The notes under the pieces are model-generated. The model saw only the letters and a list, made by a program, of their open reading frames with translations, was not told the origin of the DNA and did no database searches. This document shows, in pieces, positions 29,255 to 39,523 of a stretch of 64,000 nucleotides of DNA. The position numbers were made by a program, and so were the translations under genes. Each line of letters starts with the position of its first letter. The stretch's first letter is position 1. The DNA lies in the IMG/VR virus record IMGVR_UViG_3300020380_000001, positions 124,001 to 188,000 of that record. One strand, given 5' to 3'.

Positions 29255-30301
29255 TAATATTAGTGTTTCTCTTGTAAGCTTGCCGTTCATTCTAGCGTCA
29301 AGCTTATCTACTCCCTTGTAGTACTTCTTTAATTCCTTAGCATCAGTGACCCCAGACATCTTTTTCTTGTAGTCTTTTAAGTCAACACGCTTACTTCTTG
29401 ATTCAGTACTAAAGCTGATTAGACTGGATCCCTTTACACTTAGTCCGTTCGCATCCTCGGCATAGTACACACCCAGTTTATTAAGACGAGTATCAAATAC
29501 CCACACTTCCTTGGAACCGATAAGCGTTTTTAAGTCTGCACTCTTAACACCAATCTCACTCCAACCAGGCCTAACTTTAAGTGATTTTATTAACTGAGCA
29601 GGATCCTTAGGCGTTACTTGTTTGCTGTATAAGTATCTAACGTCAGTTAACAACTTGTCGTACACCTTAGCCAAGCGTTTGGCGTTCATACGAGTAAAGT
29701 TATCACCTATAAGTTCATAGTCGCTATCGGCTTCTATGGCGTTATTAACATTAGCAAGTTCTTCACCATAAACTGCGATTAGCATCTCTAGGGCTTTTGC
29801 TTTGGGGTCGTGTGGCGCAAGGATAGTGACAAAGTCGTACTTGGGGTCAAGTAAAGTCGTATCAATGATCATACCATCAATGACATTATCAATCTCGCCT
29901 GAAATTTGTTCTACTTGCTTTTGAGCAATTTGCTCAGCTGAAGGCTTTTTTACCTTTGGTTTGCTGTCCTCCTCGACAGCGACTATAGACTGTGACTTTT
30001 CGATAACTTGATCAACATATTTCCACAGGGAGCCGTATTTGTCGGGGAGTTCCGCGCCGCTATTAAGTGCGTAAAGGTATTTGCCTATTACTGCGAATTC
30101 GTAATCGGGTAGCTGGTCCAAGTCTTTGGTTACAGACGTACCTTTATTCTCTCTAGCCCAGCGAAGGGTTTCGGTTTTAAGTTTCTTTTCCAGCACTTCG
30201 GACTGAGCCCAGTGTAGCCAATGTCGCCATTGTTTAAGGCATTCAGGGCTATTAAGCTCAGTCTTGGTGAAGCGCGGTTTTGTTTGTAATACTTTTGCCA
30301 T
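29243..30301 (-). CDS. hypothetical protein
   Basis: 352-aa ORF; TAAATA at 30331-30336. Confidence 0.85.
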   Translation of the reverse strand: MAKVLQTKPRFTKTELNSPECLKQWRHWLHWAQSEVLEKKLKTETLRWARENKGTSVTKDLDQLPDYEFAVIGKYLYALNSGAELPDKYGSLWKYVDQVIEKSQSIVAVEEDSKPKVKKPSAEQIAQKQVEQISGEIDNVIDGMIIDTTLLDPKYDFVTILAPHDPKAKALEMLIAVYGEELANVNNAIEADSDYELIGDNFTRMNAKRLAKVYDKLLTDVRYLYSKQVTPKDPAQLIKSLKVRPGWSEIGVKSADLKTLIGSKEVWVFDTRLNKLGVYYAEDANGLSVKGSSLISFSTESRSKRVDLKDYKKKMSGVTDAKELKKYYKGVDKLDARMNGKLTRETLILSIV

Positions 30302-30343
30302 AATTTCCGTCTGTGTGTTTTAATTATAGTTATTTACGATGTG

Positions 30344-31288
30344 CTATGATGCTCGTTCTCTAAACATAGTCACATAAGCAAACAATTTCCAGTCATTGCC
30401 CGACTCACTGTGCGCTGATAACTCGATCGTATAGCCTTTACGTAGGCGAATACAATCCCAGTTATCAAACGTTTCGTAGCCGTGACTGTCACCGTATACT
30501 GGTATTTTGTTCATGAATATTGCGTACACTGCTTCACGATCAAAGTAGATGTCAGCGTTGCCGTCGCCAGCTGGTGCCGGTGTTAGATCCATTGTTTCGG
30601 ATAAGTTCCAGTAACCATCATGGTCGTGGTTTCTTACAGGACAAGGCGTTTGTGCGAACCCGTGTGTGCCTGCGCCCATACCGGCATATACCACTCTGCC
30701 GTCCTCCGTTAAGGTGTAATCCAAGTTTACTGCGGTTTGCATAACAGCTCTACTCGCAATACATCTAGCAGTAACGTAGTCACCTACACCCGCGCCGGAC
30801 CACATAAGCTGGGCCTGTTGCACGTAAATAGGATCCATATCGTTAAGACCGTGATAGAACTCCAGCTTCTTAGTAGCCACTGGCGTAGCGGCACTAGGCT
30901 CCATGATTAATAAGTCGCCAGAACCTAGTTCACTAGTTGTCTCGCCGGCGCCAGTCCAGTAAACGTAAATCGTCCTGCCTTCTTTTTCCGGTCGTGGCGA
31001 ATTGTGAGTCCACACTTTGTTGCCCGTTGCATAAGAAGACTGTGCGATTGTTGACTTGACTTCTGTGCCGTTTAGGATGTTCCATGCGGCAACTGGTTCT
31101 AAGTCACCGCTCTGATCAGATATAACGATACTACCGTCAGCTAGCTTTTCGAATAATACATCGTTATTTGCTAATCCGTCTATCTTTCCAGGGTCGCTGA
31201 TGTTCCTAGACGCGTTTGGTGAAAACACGATGCCTGATATAGCGATGTGCTCGTCAGTCGTGTTGGTTACAGTTATAGATACACTCAT
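30344..31288 (-). CDS. putative virion structural protein
   Basis: 314 aa, beta-rich, in late-promoter operon. Confidence 0.6.
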   Translation of the reverse strand: MSVSITVTNTTDEHIAISGIVFSPNASRNISDPGKIDGLANNDVLFEKLADGSIVISDQSGDLEPVAAWNILNGTEVKSTIAQSSYATGNKVWTHNSPRPEKEGRTIYVYWTGAGETTSELGSGDLLIMEPSAATPVATKKLEFYHGLNDMDPIYVQQAQLMWSGAGVGDYVTARCIASRAVMQTAVNLDYTLTEDGRVVYAGMGAGTHGFAQTPCPVRNHDHDGYWNLSETMDLTPAPAGDGNADIYFDREAVYAIFMNKIPVYGDSHGYETFDNWDCIRLRKGYTIELSAHSESGNDWKLFAYVTMFRERAS

Positions 31289-32032
31289 TTATACATTCCA
31301 ATAGTTGCCGTACCAAGGTCTAAATATTTGCCCTGATGTGTTTCTGTTGTGCGTCAATACCCCGTTCTCGCCTAGATCATCAATATCAGCGGTGTAGTAC
31401 AATGACACAACCGCGTCATTCATATCTCGTCTATCCTCGCGGTAGAACACTGCTATGCGATCTTGCTGGTCAATCCTTACGTTCAGGCCAGTGTGTATTA
31501 TCTCTTGTTGATCATAAACCCGTACTGAATATAACAAGTCGGGCGCTGAATAGATACTTCTGTCAACCGGCATGCGTAATATCCACAAGTACCCGTCGGC
31601 GCCGTTTTGTCTATGGTTTATAGTGACAGCTTTTAGGATAGAGTTGTACGGCGATATCCACGCTATTCTATCATTTGAAATGCTACTTGCACCTGTCAAC
31701 TGCAAGAACTCGTCAGAAACTGTATTTGGTCCTGAATATGATATACACCAAGACGGGCAAGAGTTAGTAAATGTCTCTCTAGTAACGGCCTTGCCTTTTT
31801 GTTTTCCGGTACACCATACACTTAGACTTTCATAGTTAGAAAGTATGTAATCTATTTCGCCAATCTCAGACGTTGAAAGGTCGCCGTCATAATACAAGGC
31901 AACTTGTGAAACATCGGTGTATTCTATGTACTTTAATGGCGTGGTGATGCCCTCTGCGTTTTCCAGCAATAGCTGTAGACAGGATGGATCCACGCCTTCT
32001 TTATGTCTTACTAGACTAGGTAACTGCGCCAC
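31289..32032 (-). CDS. putative virion structural protein
   Basis: 247 aa, coupled in the same operon. Confidence 0.55.
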   Translation of the reverse strand: MAQLPSLVRHKEGVDPSCLQLLLENAEGITTPLKYIEYTDVSQVALYYDGDLSTSEIGEIDYILSNYESLSVWCTGKQKGKAVTRETFTNSCPSWCISYSGPNTVSDEFLQLTGASSISNDRIAWISPYNSILKAVTINHRQNGADGYLWILRMPVDRSIYSAPDLLYSVRVYDQQEIIHTGLNVRIDQQDRIAVFYREDRRDMNDAVVSLYYTADIDDLGENGVLTHNRNTSGQIFRPWYGNYWNV

Positions 32033-32684
32033 CGTTTATTCTCCATATGTAAAGTGAATAATTCCATATAGAGGCCTTGGAACCAGCTAAGCCGGCCCGT
32101 AGTTGTATATCAATGGTGTGCGTGCCTTCGGCCAATGTTAATATAGAAAAATCATTGTAGCCGCGCTTGAGAGCAGTTCCCGTAGACAGATAGTCGCCTA
32201 AAACAAGTCCGTCGTTATTATCGGCAATCTCGTTTAAGTCTATAGTTGAATCCAGTTGTACTTTCCAACCCGCGGCATTTTGCGAATCGCTACAATTGTA
32301 ATTAAACCTATAGCCTACAAAGTAAGTACCGCCCCCGGCAGGGACACTGAAAGTACTTGACGGACCCGTTGACCATGTAGCTGAGGTAACGGTAGTTAGT
32401 GTTGGGTCACTGAAATAATTAAACCCGGTAAGTTCTTGAAACTCGAGTGAAGCGATGGCGTTATTGACGAATTCTTGCGTGGCACTTGAGGCGCTAGCAA
32501 GGTCTAACCAATCGGTGTTCAGCTCGTTCCTGAATTTTATTGCGCGTGTGGTTGAGTTAATCCAGACACTTCCAGCGATGACACTAGTAGGTTCTATAGG
32601 AGTGTGGTAAATTTTCGGGCTTTTAGATCCGATCTGTATTTCGGATTTAACTGTCCCAGTAAAAGCAAGGAATTTATCACTCAT
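32016..32684 (-). CDS. putative tail-fibre/virion protein
   Basis: GSVWINSTTRAIKF...W pattern common in fibre proteins; TAAATA at 32710. Confidence 0.55.
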   Translation of the reverse strand: MSDKFLAFTGTVKSEIQIGSKSPKIYHTPIEPTSVIAGSVWINSTTRAIKFRNELNTDWLDLASASSATQEFVNNAIASLEFQELTGFNYFSDPTLTTVTSATWSTGPSSTFSVPAGGGTYFVGYRFNYNCSDSQNAAGWKVQLDSTIDLNEIADNNDGLVLGDYLSTGTALKRGYNDFSILTLAEGTHTIDIQLRAGLAGSKASIWNYSLYIWRINGGAVT

Positions 32685-32976
32685 ATCACATTTATTCTTT
32701 TTGTTCTTATATTTATCGTGTTCTAGACCTTGCAGAGCGCGGGTTATACTAAAGTATAATCAACTAGGCAGAGGCCGAACAGGAATACGGTTTTTCGAGA
32801 GTTTGTCTTTGAGATTTGTCTTTTTATGTTGTATGCACTTACCACAAGCCGTACCAACCAAATCCTTTTTGCTAGGCGGGTCACTTTCCTTAACTGCATG
32901 ACAAATACAAAGGTATGCCATTTTATTCCTCTCTTATTGTTATTTAATACCAACGTGGTTGTAGCTGTGTCAGAAA

Positions 32977-33774
32977 TTATTCACTTAAGTACAGGTCTTC
33001 TTCCAACTCTGCTCTGTATTCTGGATCTCTAATTGCACGGGCGTATCTGTCCGGGTCGTACGAACTGACTTTGCCTGCCAAATAATAATGATGGGCCTTT
33101 ATGTTTGCTAACTTGCGAGTAACCCGGCCTTCAGATACCATACCGGTATGGTGATAATGTGATTTTTCCATATACCTCAGTACATGATCAAGTATCATCG
33201 GCGTGTACAGTATGCGGTTTCGGGTTGCTGTATGGATCAAATGTCCGAAACTAACTTCTCGTTTATGTGCATTTCCAAGTGGTCTTGAAACAGTCACATA
33301 GCGCTTTATATAAAAGCTCTTGTGTAGGCGATCGGTATTGTTCTTTACTATAGTTTCATATGCACATTGCATGAGATTCGCAAAAAACTTGGCGCGGTCA
33401 CCTGCAATGCCATGATACGGACCGTCAAGCCTTATTATCTTTTTTGACATGAACTGGGAAAATTCAACTTCGTCAAGTATCAAGTACTCACCGACGTGAC
33501 AGTAGTATGGTATGCCTATTCCCTTCTTCGCTATAGAAGCAAGAGCGTTGGCTGTCTTTACCATTTCTTTAGGACTAGGGATATAACCGTCACTTATGGT
33601 ATCAATGTCCAGATCCGGTGTGCATAGTGTAGTGGCTAGGCGCATTGCTTGCCAATGTTGGTGATTGCTACCTGACACGTAATAGGAATTGGCCTGCGAT
33701 TCAGATCTACACAACCGAGCTTTCGCCGCGGCTATATCGATGCCGACTTTCTCGAATAGTTCACGATATGTCAT
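32977..33774 (-). CDS. hypothetical protein
   Basis: 265-aa ORF. Confidence 0.8.
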   Translation of the reverse strand: MTYRELFEKVGIDIAAAKARLCRSESQANSYYVSGSNHQHWQAMRLATTLCTPDLDIDTISDGYIPSPKEMVKTANALASIAKKGIGIPYYCHVGEYLILDEVEFSQFMSKKIIRLDGPYHGIAGDRAKFFANLMQCAYETIVKNNTDRLHKSFYIKRYVTVSRPLGNAHKREVSFGHLIHTATRNRILYTPMILDHVLRYMEKSHYHHTGMVSEGRVTRKLANIKAHHYYLAGKVSSYDPDRYARAIRDPEYRAELEEDLYLSE

Positions 33775-33777
33775 GTA

Positions 33778-33972
33778 TTACACTCTGTTATGAATAGCTT
33801 GGCTAAAAACACTTAATAAAAATGCCTTTAGCCAAGAATCTTCACGACCCTTGTGTTTGCGCTTTCTGTTATACTTGGTAGCGTCTTCTTCAACACGCTT
33901 CCTAAACATCGGCGTTCTTACCACTTGTTTAATGGCGCTTGGTTGGCTATGTTTAACTTTCTTCTTGCCCAT
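33778..33972 (-). CDS. arfA: alternative ribosome-rescue factor A homologue
   Basis: SAIKQVVRTPMFRKRVEEDATKYNRKRKHKG aligns with the E. coli ArfA core NAIEALLHDPLFRQRVE...SYMRKGKH; hydrophobic C-tail; SD GGAGG. Confidence 0.78.
   Translation of the reverse strand: MGKKKVKHSQPSAIKQVVRTPMFRKRVEEDATKYNRKRKHKGREDSWLKAFLLSVFSQAIHNRV
33798..33836 (-). promoter_or_regulatory. 17-bp mRNA hairpin in 3' coding region of arfA (candidate RNase III site)
   Basis: CUUGGCUAAAGGCAUUU-uuauu-AAGUGUUUUUAGCCAAG, three G-U pairs possible only on the coding strand. Confidence 0.65.
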
Positions 33973-34014
33973 AATTTCCTCCTGGCGTTAGAAGAGGGCA
34001 TTGTATTAATGCCC

Positions 34015-34290
34015 TTACATTAGAACTGGTATGATCATCAAAGTCAACATCAAAGCGTAGAAAATTATCCGTAGGTAGACATTAGTCTTGTGCTTGAATG
34101 CGTCGAACCTTTCCAGATACTCAGCCACATTGCGTGCTGACGGCAGTGCTAATAACACCGCAATAATACCCACAAAAGCTTCTAGATACACCGTTAGCAC
34201 TACGGCAGCGATACAGAGTACCACAACAATAATACCATGGCCTATACAGTCTACGGTTTCTTCGTCTAAGTCGCTGAATAAATGATTCAT
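34015..34290 (-). CDS. membrane protein
   Basis: Three hydrophobic segments. Confidence 0.75.
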   Translation of the reverse strand: MNHLFSDLDEETVDCIGHGIIVVVLCIAAVVLTVYLEAFVGIIAVLLALPSARNVAEYLERFDAFKHKTNVYLRIIFYALMLTLMIIPVLM

Positions 34291-34419
34291 AATTAGCCCA
34301 GTTCTTCTACTAGGTTGCTATAATGCATAACTGTTTTTGCATGAAGCAACGCGTTTTCAATACTAAATGAGTAGCATTCCAAAAAGGCCACTGCATATAT
34401 GTATATATCCATAACAAGA

Positions 34420-34749
34420 TCACTCCATCGGCGGCACGGTTATTTTTCCCTGGAACGCAAGTAGGGCAATGGTTTCTGGCTCTATCTTAACAAACGTTTC
34501 ACGGGTTTTATTAGACGCACGCTCATGTCGTCCTGGTGTGCCTACGCGCACTGATGATCCTATCCACATAGAAGCACCGGAGGCTGTAGGCTTTTTAATA
34601 CGGCCTAGCTTTAAGCCTGACGACTTATAAACACTCACAGCAACAATGTCGCCTGCACGTATTTCATTTCCGAGACAGTCAGTCCCTACTTCATCTGATG
34701 TATCTGACATAAGTTCCTCTACTTTTTGGCGATATGATTTCTGCGTCAT
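34420..34749 (-). CDS. hypothetical protein
   Basis: 109-aa ORF. Confidence 0.7.
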   Translation of the reverse strand: MTQKSYRQKVEELMSDTSDEVGTDCLGNEIRAGDIVAVSVYKSSGLKLGRIKKPTASGASMWIGSSVRVGTPGRHERASNKTRETFVKIEPETIALLAFQGKITVPPME

Positions 34750-35081
34750 TACTCTTCTTTAAGATTCAAGAGGACAGGTGTGTCAAACCCGCCTCGTTTT
34801 TCTCTCTTGTACTTACGCTTATCTTCAATGCCGGTTTCAGAAACCTTACCAATTTTGATAATTGCTGCCAAAACTTCAAACACGTCTGCTAGTTCTTCTT
34901 CAAGCGCTTCGGTATCACCTCGATAAATCTCAGCTAGAACTTCTTCGACTTCTTCGTGTGCTTTGTCACAAAGTAAGGCAAGGTGATCTTGAGTGGTAAG
35001 CTCGTCTACGGGAAGTAGGGGCAGTGGGTCAGATGCAATATCGGGGATTTTATCCCTGATCAATTTGTGTGGGTACTTCAT
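34749..35081 (-). CDS. MazG-like/phosphoribosyl-ATP pyrophosphohydrolase family NTP pyrophosphatase
   Basis: KLIRDKIP, EEVEE, EELADVFEVL, KREKRGGF. Confidence 0.85.
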   Translation of the reverse strand: MKYPHKLIRDKIPDIASDPLPLLPVDELTTQDHLALLCDKAHEEVEEVLAEIYRGDTEALEEELADVFEVLAAIIKIGKVSETGIEDKRKYKREKRGGFDTPVLLNLKEE

Positions 35082-35134
35082 CAGATGTTCCTCTTGTTAT
35101 TATCTCCGTATTATAAGGCAAGAGGATGTCAAAA

Positions 35135-35386
35135 TCAAGACTTAGATGAAAACTTTCCGGAAAATGTGTCTTCGTGTAACGAGTTTGTGAGGTGACTAAT
35201 ATACGCCATATCAGCCGCACGCACTGCGATCATGTTTTCGACATAGTCGCGCATGTCGTGGGCATCGATGGCTTGATCTAAGGTGCCTGCGAAGCTGCTA
35301 ATCATAGGTATGGTGGACACCCCCGTATAGACAGCGACTCTGGCTTGATCTTTAAATTGTTGCGCTACCTTTATACCATCAGCCAT
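35135..35386 (-). CDS. hypothetical protein
   Basis: 83-aa ORF. Confidence 0.6.
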   Translation of the reverse strand: MADGIKVAQQFKDQARVAVYTGVSTIPMISSFAGTLDQAIDAHDMRDYVENMIAVRAADMAYISHLTNSLHEDTFSGKFSSKS

Positions 35387-35744
35387 CGTTGTCTCCTTGC
35401 TTGTCGGATAAAAATCCGGGTATCAGATCCAGGTATGCGTTGGTGATAGGACACCCTAACAACCTTAAGCGAGCAACTGTTTCGGTATTCATCTTCATTG
35501 CGCCTTTACCCTTCCAATTATCGTACTCGTCATCTACCATACAAAACGGCAGATACTTTTTCCAGCGCATATATTCATCAACATCGTGTCTGATAGCCGG
35601 GTGCATCAGAGGTTTCAACTCGTCAGCACTCATTTTACCGCGCAATAAGGCTTCCGTAAAAGATCCTGGACTCACACCGTAAATCCAGAACATTTCGACA
35701 GCCGAACAAATGTTTGTGTCTAAACTAAATTTTAAATCGCCCAT
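35379..35744 (-). CDS. hypothetical protein
   Basis: 121-aa coupled ORF. Confidence 0.7.
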   Translation of the reverse strand: MGDLKFSLDTNICSAVEMFWIYGVSPGSFTEALLRGKMSADELKPLMHPAIRHDVDEYMRWKKYLPFCMVDDEYDNWKGKGAMKMNTETVARLRLLGCPITNAYLDLIPGFLSDKQGDNDG

Positions 35745-36208
35745 GTGAACTCCAGATCACTATCAGAAATCGGTGCGCCGTTCTCGTGCATCATCTTGAT
35801 GATTTTAACGTAATCCTCACGCAGCTTTTTCAGTTTGTCCAGGCATTCTTCGCGTATAATAGATATAGTCTCGTCGAGATTAGATTCCAAAACGCCTGTG
35901 GCCATAGTCCAATAATTTCTCTCTATAAAACGATCGCGCACCCAGCGAAGTGACTCTGATTCTGTTACCCCTACTTTGAAATGCTCGCCATAATGCTCAC
36001 GTAATGCGGCTAGGCGTGCTGTAAGTGTATCAGCTATGGCTTTGTCAATAAACATCATCGTGTCAGCAACAACTTCTAAACTAAGAATACTTGTGCTTCG
36101 GGAATATTCGTATTCACCGTCCTTTTCAATCATACCAAGTATAAAATGCAAGTTATCCATGTCTTTATGGATTAAGCTCACATACGGGTTTAACGGATCA
36201 TTGCTCAT
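35732..36208 (-). CDS. hypothetical protein
   Basis: 158-aa coupled ORF. Confidence 0.7.
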   Translation of the reverse strand: MSNDPLNPYVSLIHKDMDNLHFILGMIEKDGEYEYSRSTSILSLEVVADTMMFIDKAIADTLTARLAALREHYGEHFKVGVTESESLRWVRDRFIERNYWTMATGVLESNLDETISIIREECLDKLKKLREDYVKIIKMMHENGAPISDSDLEFTWAI

Positions 36209-36644
36209 TGATTTGCTCCGTTACACCGTCAGTTAATGTTTGTTTAATTTTGACAGCCAAGTTCCAATATTTCTCTGCTAGTTGCTGTTCCAACGCATTG
36301 TGTTTCAACGTGTAGAGGTCTTTTTTTATTACCTGCTTGCGCAGTGTCTCTATCATTCCGGCACTTCTTCTGAGGTCAAGGTGGTGTCGGCGTGTCACCA
36401 CTTCCGGCGAACCCTCTTTGGCACTGCGCATTACCAAGACATCGGAGTATGCATCATACAAGTCAATATAGGCACGAATCGCGTCAATTGTCTCTTGCCA
36501 TTTTAGGGTGTAATCGAGGTTTTCAATCAAAGTTACTTTGAACGGTGCAGATGCAAATATGTTGTCGCTACGGTTTACGTCATCAATATTCGAAACCATG
36601 GCAAGCGCATTTATCAGATCGGCTCTCAGCTTTTTAGCATTCAT
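36198..36644 (-). CDS. hypothetical protein
   Basis: 148-aa coupled ORF. Confidence 0.7.
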   Translation of the reverse strand: MNAKKLRADLINALAMVSNIDDVNRSDNIFASAPFKVTLIENLDYTLKWQETIDAIRAYIDLYDAYSDVLVMRSAKEGSPEVVTRRHHLDLRRSAGMIETLRKQVIKKDLYTLKHNALEQQLAEKYWNLAVKIKQTLTDGVTEQINEQ

Positions 36645-37321
36645 GATCGTGCCATTCCTTCTTCTACTATTTTATCAGCCAGCGTTCGTACTTCGTTAGT
36701 CAACACTTCATGCTTGAGTGTCCATTCGCCATCCGACATTAGTTTTTTCATTGCAATTGAAACCAACAGATACGTAGACGTAGGTGATATACGAGTTTCA
36801 AGACGCTTGCATAGTAAAGCAGGATCGCCAAGCACGCCGTTTTCAAGCATATTCAACTCACCAAGCAACGACTTACATGTTTTGTCAAATGTGGCAACAT
36901 CAACCCCGCGCCCGTGTCGTGTAAGGTCCGGGTAAGTTTTGACGACATAGTCAACATAAGGCTGTACTGCGAATAAGTCATAGCCAATCGGATCAAGTGG
37001 TCGGTTAAATTTATGCCGCGCTATTTGCAACGCGCACATATCAACCATCATATCAGATGAGTGTGCGCGTACTTTACGCCGCATTTCGAGTCCATAGCCG
37101 TACAGCTTGCCGAGTCGCTCACATAATCGATCGGCGTTATAGGCGGCTATACGAAACCGGGCTTGTCCTGATATGAGGTGGGTATTGTCGCGCCTGACGT
37201 CGTCAATCAATTCACGGTCTTCGGCTGTGAGTTTTTTATACTCAGATGGGGTGTCGTATAACCACCCCAACATAGAGTCGACGAACACCAGCAAGGTGTG
37301 CCGGTATGGCCTTTTAGACAT
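36641..37321 (-). CDS. hypothetical protein
   Basis: 226-aa coupled ORF. Confidence 0.75.
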   Translation of the reverse strand: MSKRPYRHTLLVFVDSMLGWLYDTPSEYKKLTAEDRELIDDVRRDNTHLISGQARFRIAAYNADRLCERLGKLYGYGLEMRRKVRAHSSDMMVDMCALQIARHKFNRPLDPIGYDLFAVQPYVDYVVKTYPDLTRHGRGVDVATFDKTCKSLLGELNMLENGVLGDPALLCKRLETRISPTSTYLLVSIAMKKLMSDGEWTLKHEVLTNEVRTLADKIVEEGMARS

Positions 37322-37589
37322 TTGCGCTTTCCTTCAATACAGAGTTGATGTGTGCTACTGCCTCTTCAACTTGCTCGTCAACGGTGCCGTTGCACTTGCC
37401 TTGTTTGCGTAGTTCAACAACTAAGTCATACCGTTCCATAGGTTGTAGATGATTAATCCAAATAGAATACGCCGGGTCAACTAAATCAACCGGCGTGCCT
37501 AACTCTTCAAACAATTTTTGATCAACTGCTTTGCGTGCTTTCTCTGCACTAAGTATTCTGTCTTTAAAAATCATCTTATCACCTTTCAT
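37314..37589 (-). CDS. hypothetical protein
   Basis: 91-aa ORF. Confidence 0.65.
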   Translation of the reverse strand: MKGDKMIFKDRILSAEKARKAVDQKLFEELGTPVDLVDPAYSIWINHLQPMERYDLVVELRKQGKCNGTVDEQVEEAVAHINSVLKESANV

Positions 37590-37621
37590 CTATTAAGCAA
37601 GAATTAAGTTTCTCACTACTG

Positions 37622-38401
37622 TTAGATATTATAGGGTAACTCAGTTAGAATAGCAAATTTATTTTCAACAAGGTCTTCTATTAATTTAACTCTTTCTTTT
37701 TTAATTTCACGGATAGCTTTTTCTATAACTGCATCAAGCTTTTGGCGGCCTAACTCCATCTGTAATGTCCAACCACCGTCAGTGCCAAAGTCAACCAAGT
37801 CCCTACAAAAGTTACCAGTATACGGCATGTCTGATTCAAACATGAAGTCAATAAACTCAGAACAGCCGCTTATTATATCAGCTGACAGTTGAGCGTACTT
37901 TGTGCGGTTTAAAAAAGACCATGAACACAAGTCGTAATTTATTTGATCGTAGTCGTAATAGCCGTCGTGTTTGGTTTCAAGCCTGGATATTAACGTGGCA
38001 TACGCTATCTCATGCCGTGCTATCCGACAAGCGCGTCTGAATTGTGGCGAGCCGTATTCATCAACCAGTGCCTGTGTTGCTTTGGCGATAGTCCCGAATG
38101 CTAGATCATTTGACAGAATAAGATCATTCTTGACTTCCTTTTTCACCACCGAGCCCCATGTAGGAAACGTGCCGCTTGCGTTTGAGCTTGATACATGATT
38201 CATCAGACGAAGAATGGTATACGCTTTGTTTTCGAAATTGCGTCTTATCACACACCCGGGATTGACCTTCCCTGCGTAAAAGTGCAAATAGCGAATATAC
38301 CAAAACACGCGATCATTGGCCCAACATACCATAGGTGATGGATCGAAACGATTTAAGTTTCCTAGATTAAGTACTAATAACTTATGTTTTTGGACGTTCA
38401 T
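37622..38401 (-). CDS. hypothetical protein
   Basis: 259-aa ORF. Confidence 0.75.
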   Translation of the reverse strand: MNVQKHKLLVLNLGNLNRFDPSPMVCWANDRVFWYIRYLHFYAGKVNPGCVIRRNFENKAYTILRLMNHVSSSNASGTFPTWGSVVKKEVKNDLILSNDLAFGTIAKATQALVDEYGSPQFRRACRIARHEIAYATLISRLETKHDGYYDYDQINYDLCSWSFLNRTKYAQLSADIISGCSEFIDFMFESDMPYTGNFCRDLVDFGTDGGWTLQMELGRQKLDAVIEKAIREIKKERVKLIEDLVENKFAILTELPYNI

Positions 38402-38945
38402 TATATCGTGGCAACCCTAGTGTGGCAAGCATACGATCGATTTCATCTTCCGACATCTCTCCCATATCCTCGGCAGACGGAATGTAAATCTCATCAACAA
38501 AATACTTGATATGATCTCGCTCGCGCTTTTTTGACTTAAGCAAATGGTCGTTATCGCGTACAAGTATAGTCCTACGACCACGTGATGTTATCCAGTTACG
38601 TGTGCGCTTATGTACATTAGACGAGAGCATCGCTAAGCTCGTGTATCCGCGATTTGCAAGCCTGACAGAATCAAACGCACCTTCACTTAAAAATATAACG
38701 TCTGGACTCCAGTGAAAGGTCTCCATACCGAATAACGGCACCATGCCTTCCTTACTTGAACTCGAAAAGTACTTGCTGTTTTGATCGGTGGTATCCTTAG
38801 AGCCAAGCGGGTAATATTGCAATATGCCAGCGAGTTGCATCCGATCATTAGCCAGCCAAAAGGTGACTTTGTCGGCTTCGTCATCAACATGACAGTGATA
38901 CATATCCACGTCAAGGTGCCGTTGTTTCAAATGTGTTCTTATCAT
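38382..38945 (-). CDS. small Toprim-domain (primase-like) protein
   Basis: IFLSEGAFD and ILVRDND Toprim motifs, EDMGEM tail; no N-terminal Zn finger. Confidence 0.75.
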   Translation of the reverse strand: MIRTHLKQRHLDVDMYHCHVDDEADKVTFWLANDRMQLAGILQYYPLGSKDTTDQNSKYFSSSSKEGMVPLFGMETFHWSPDVIFLSEGAFDSVRLANRGYTSLAMLSSNVHKRTRNWITSRGRRTILVRDNDHLLKSKKRERDHIKYFVDEIYIPSAEDMGEMSEDEIDRMLATLGLPRYNERPKT

Positions 38946-39523
38946 TCCAATCCTAACTCTTCGGATAGTTTTAGTTGGTCAATTAATTTGCGCATACGTT
39001 CCTTAGGTCGCAGCTCAGAAACTTTTACTTCAGTACGTTCGTCCTGTAATTGATTACCGCGATGGATGTACAGTAGCGACTTGTTTTTGTCGTAGTAAAC
39101 ATCGTGAGTATCATAGTGCATGAGAAACTCAACATCCTGCCATGTGGCGTACTTATTGCCGAAATTAGGCGTGCGCTTGCCCCTGCGATACATGTTTACT
39201 GCGATCTCGTTTAACTGTCGTGCATAGCGACATATTCTAGGAGCGCCATTGACTTCTTTAGTCCAGTAACGGACTTGACCCGGCGTAAGTGTTCTATACT
39301 TTAAAAAGTACTCGGCATGTTGCGTACCGATAAAAGAATCGAACGATGTAAACCCGCGACCGTTATGCTCAACGGTGGTGGCGGCTTCTTTCTCGTCTTC
39401 AGTTTGACGGTTGTACAGATTTACGAGTGCTTTGCCTATATAGACGGCGACATAGTTGGTACCCTTAGTCGACAATACCAACGCCATGCTTTCGCGGCTA
39501 ATAATAGTGTGTTTGACTGCCAT
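38942..39523 (-). CDS. hypothetical protein
   Basis: 193-aa ORF. Confidence 0.75.
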   Translation of the reverse strand: MAVKHTIISRESMALVLSTKGTNYVAVYIGKALVNLYNRQTEDEKEAATTVEHNGRGFTSFDSFIGTQHAEYFLKYRTLTPGQVRYWTKEVNGAPRICRYARQLNEIAVNMYRRGKRTPNFGNKYATWQDVEFLMHYDTHDVYYDKNKSLLYIHRGNQLQDERTEVKVSELRPKERMRKLIDQLKLSEELGLE

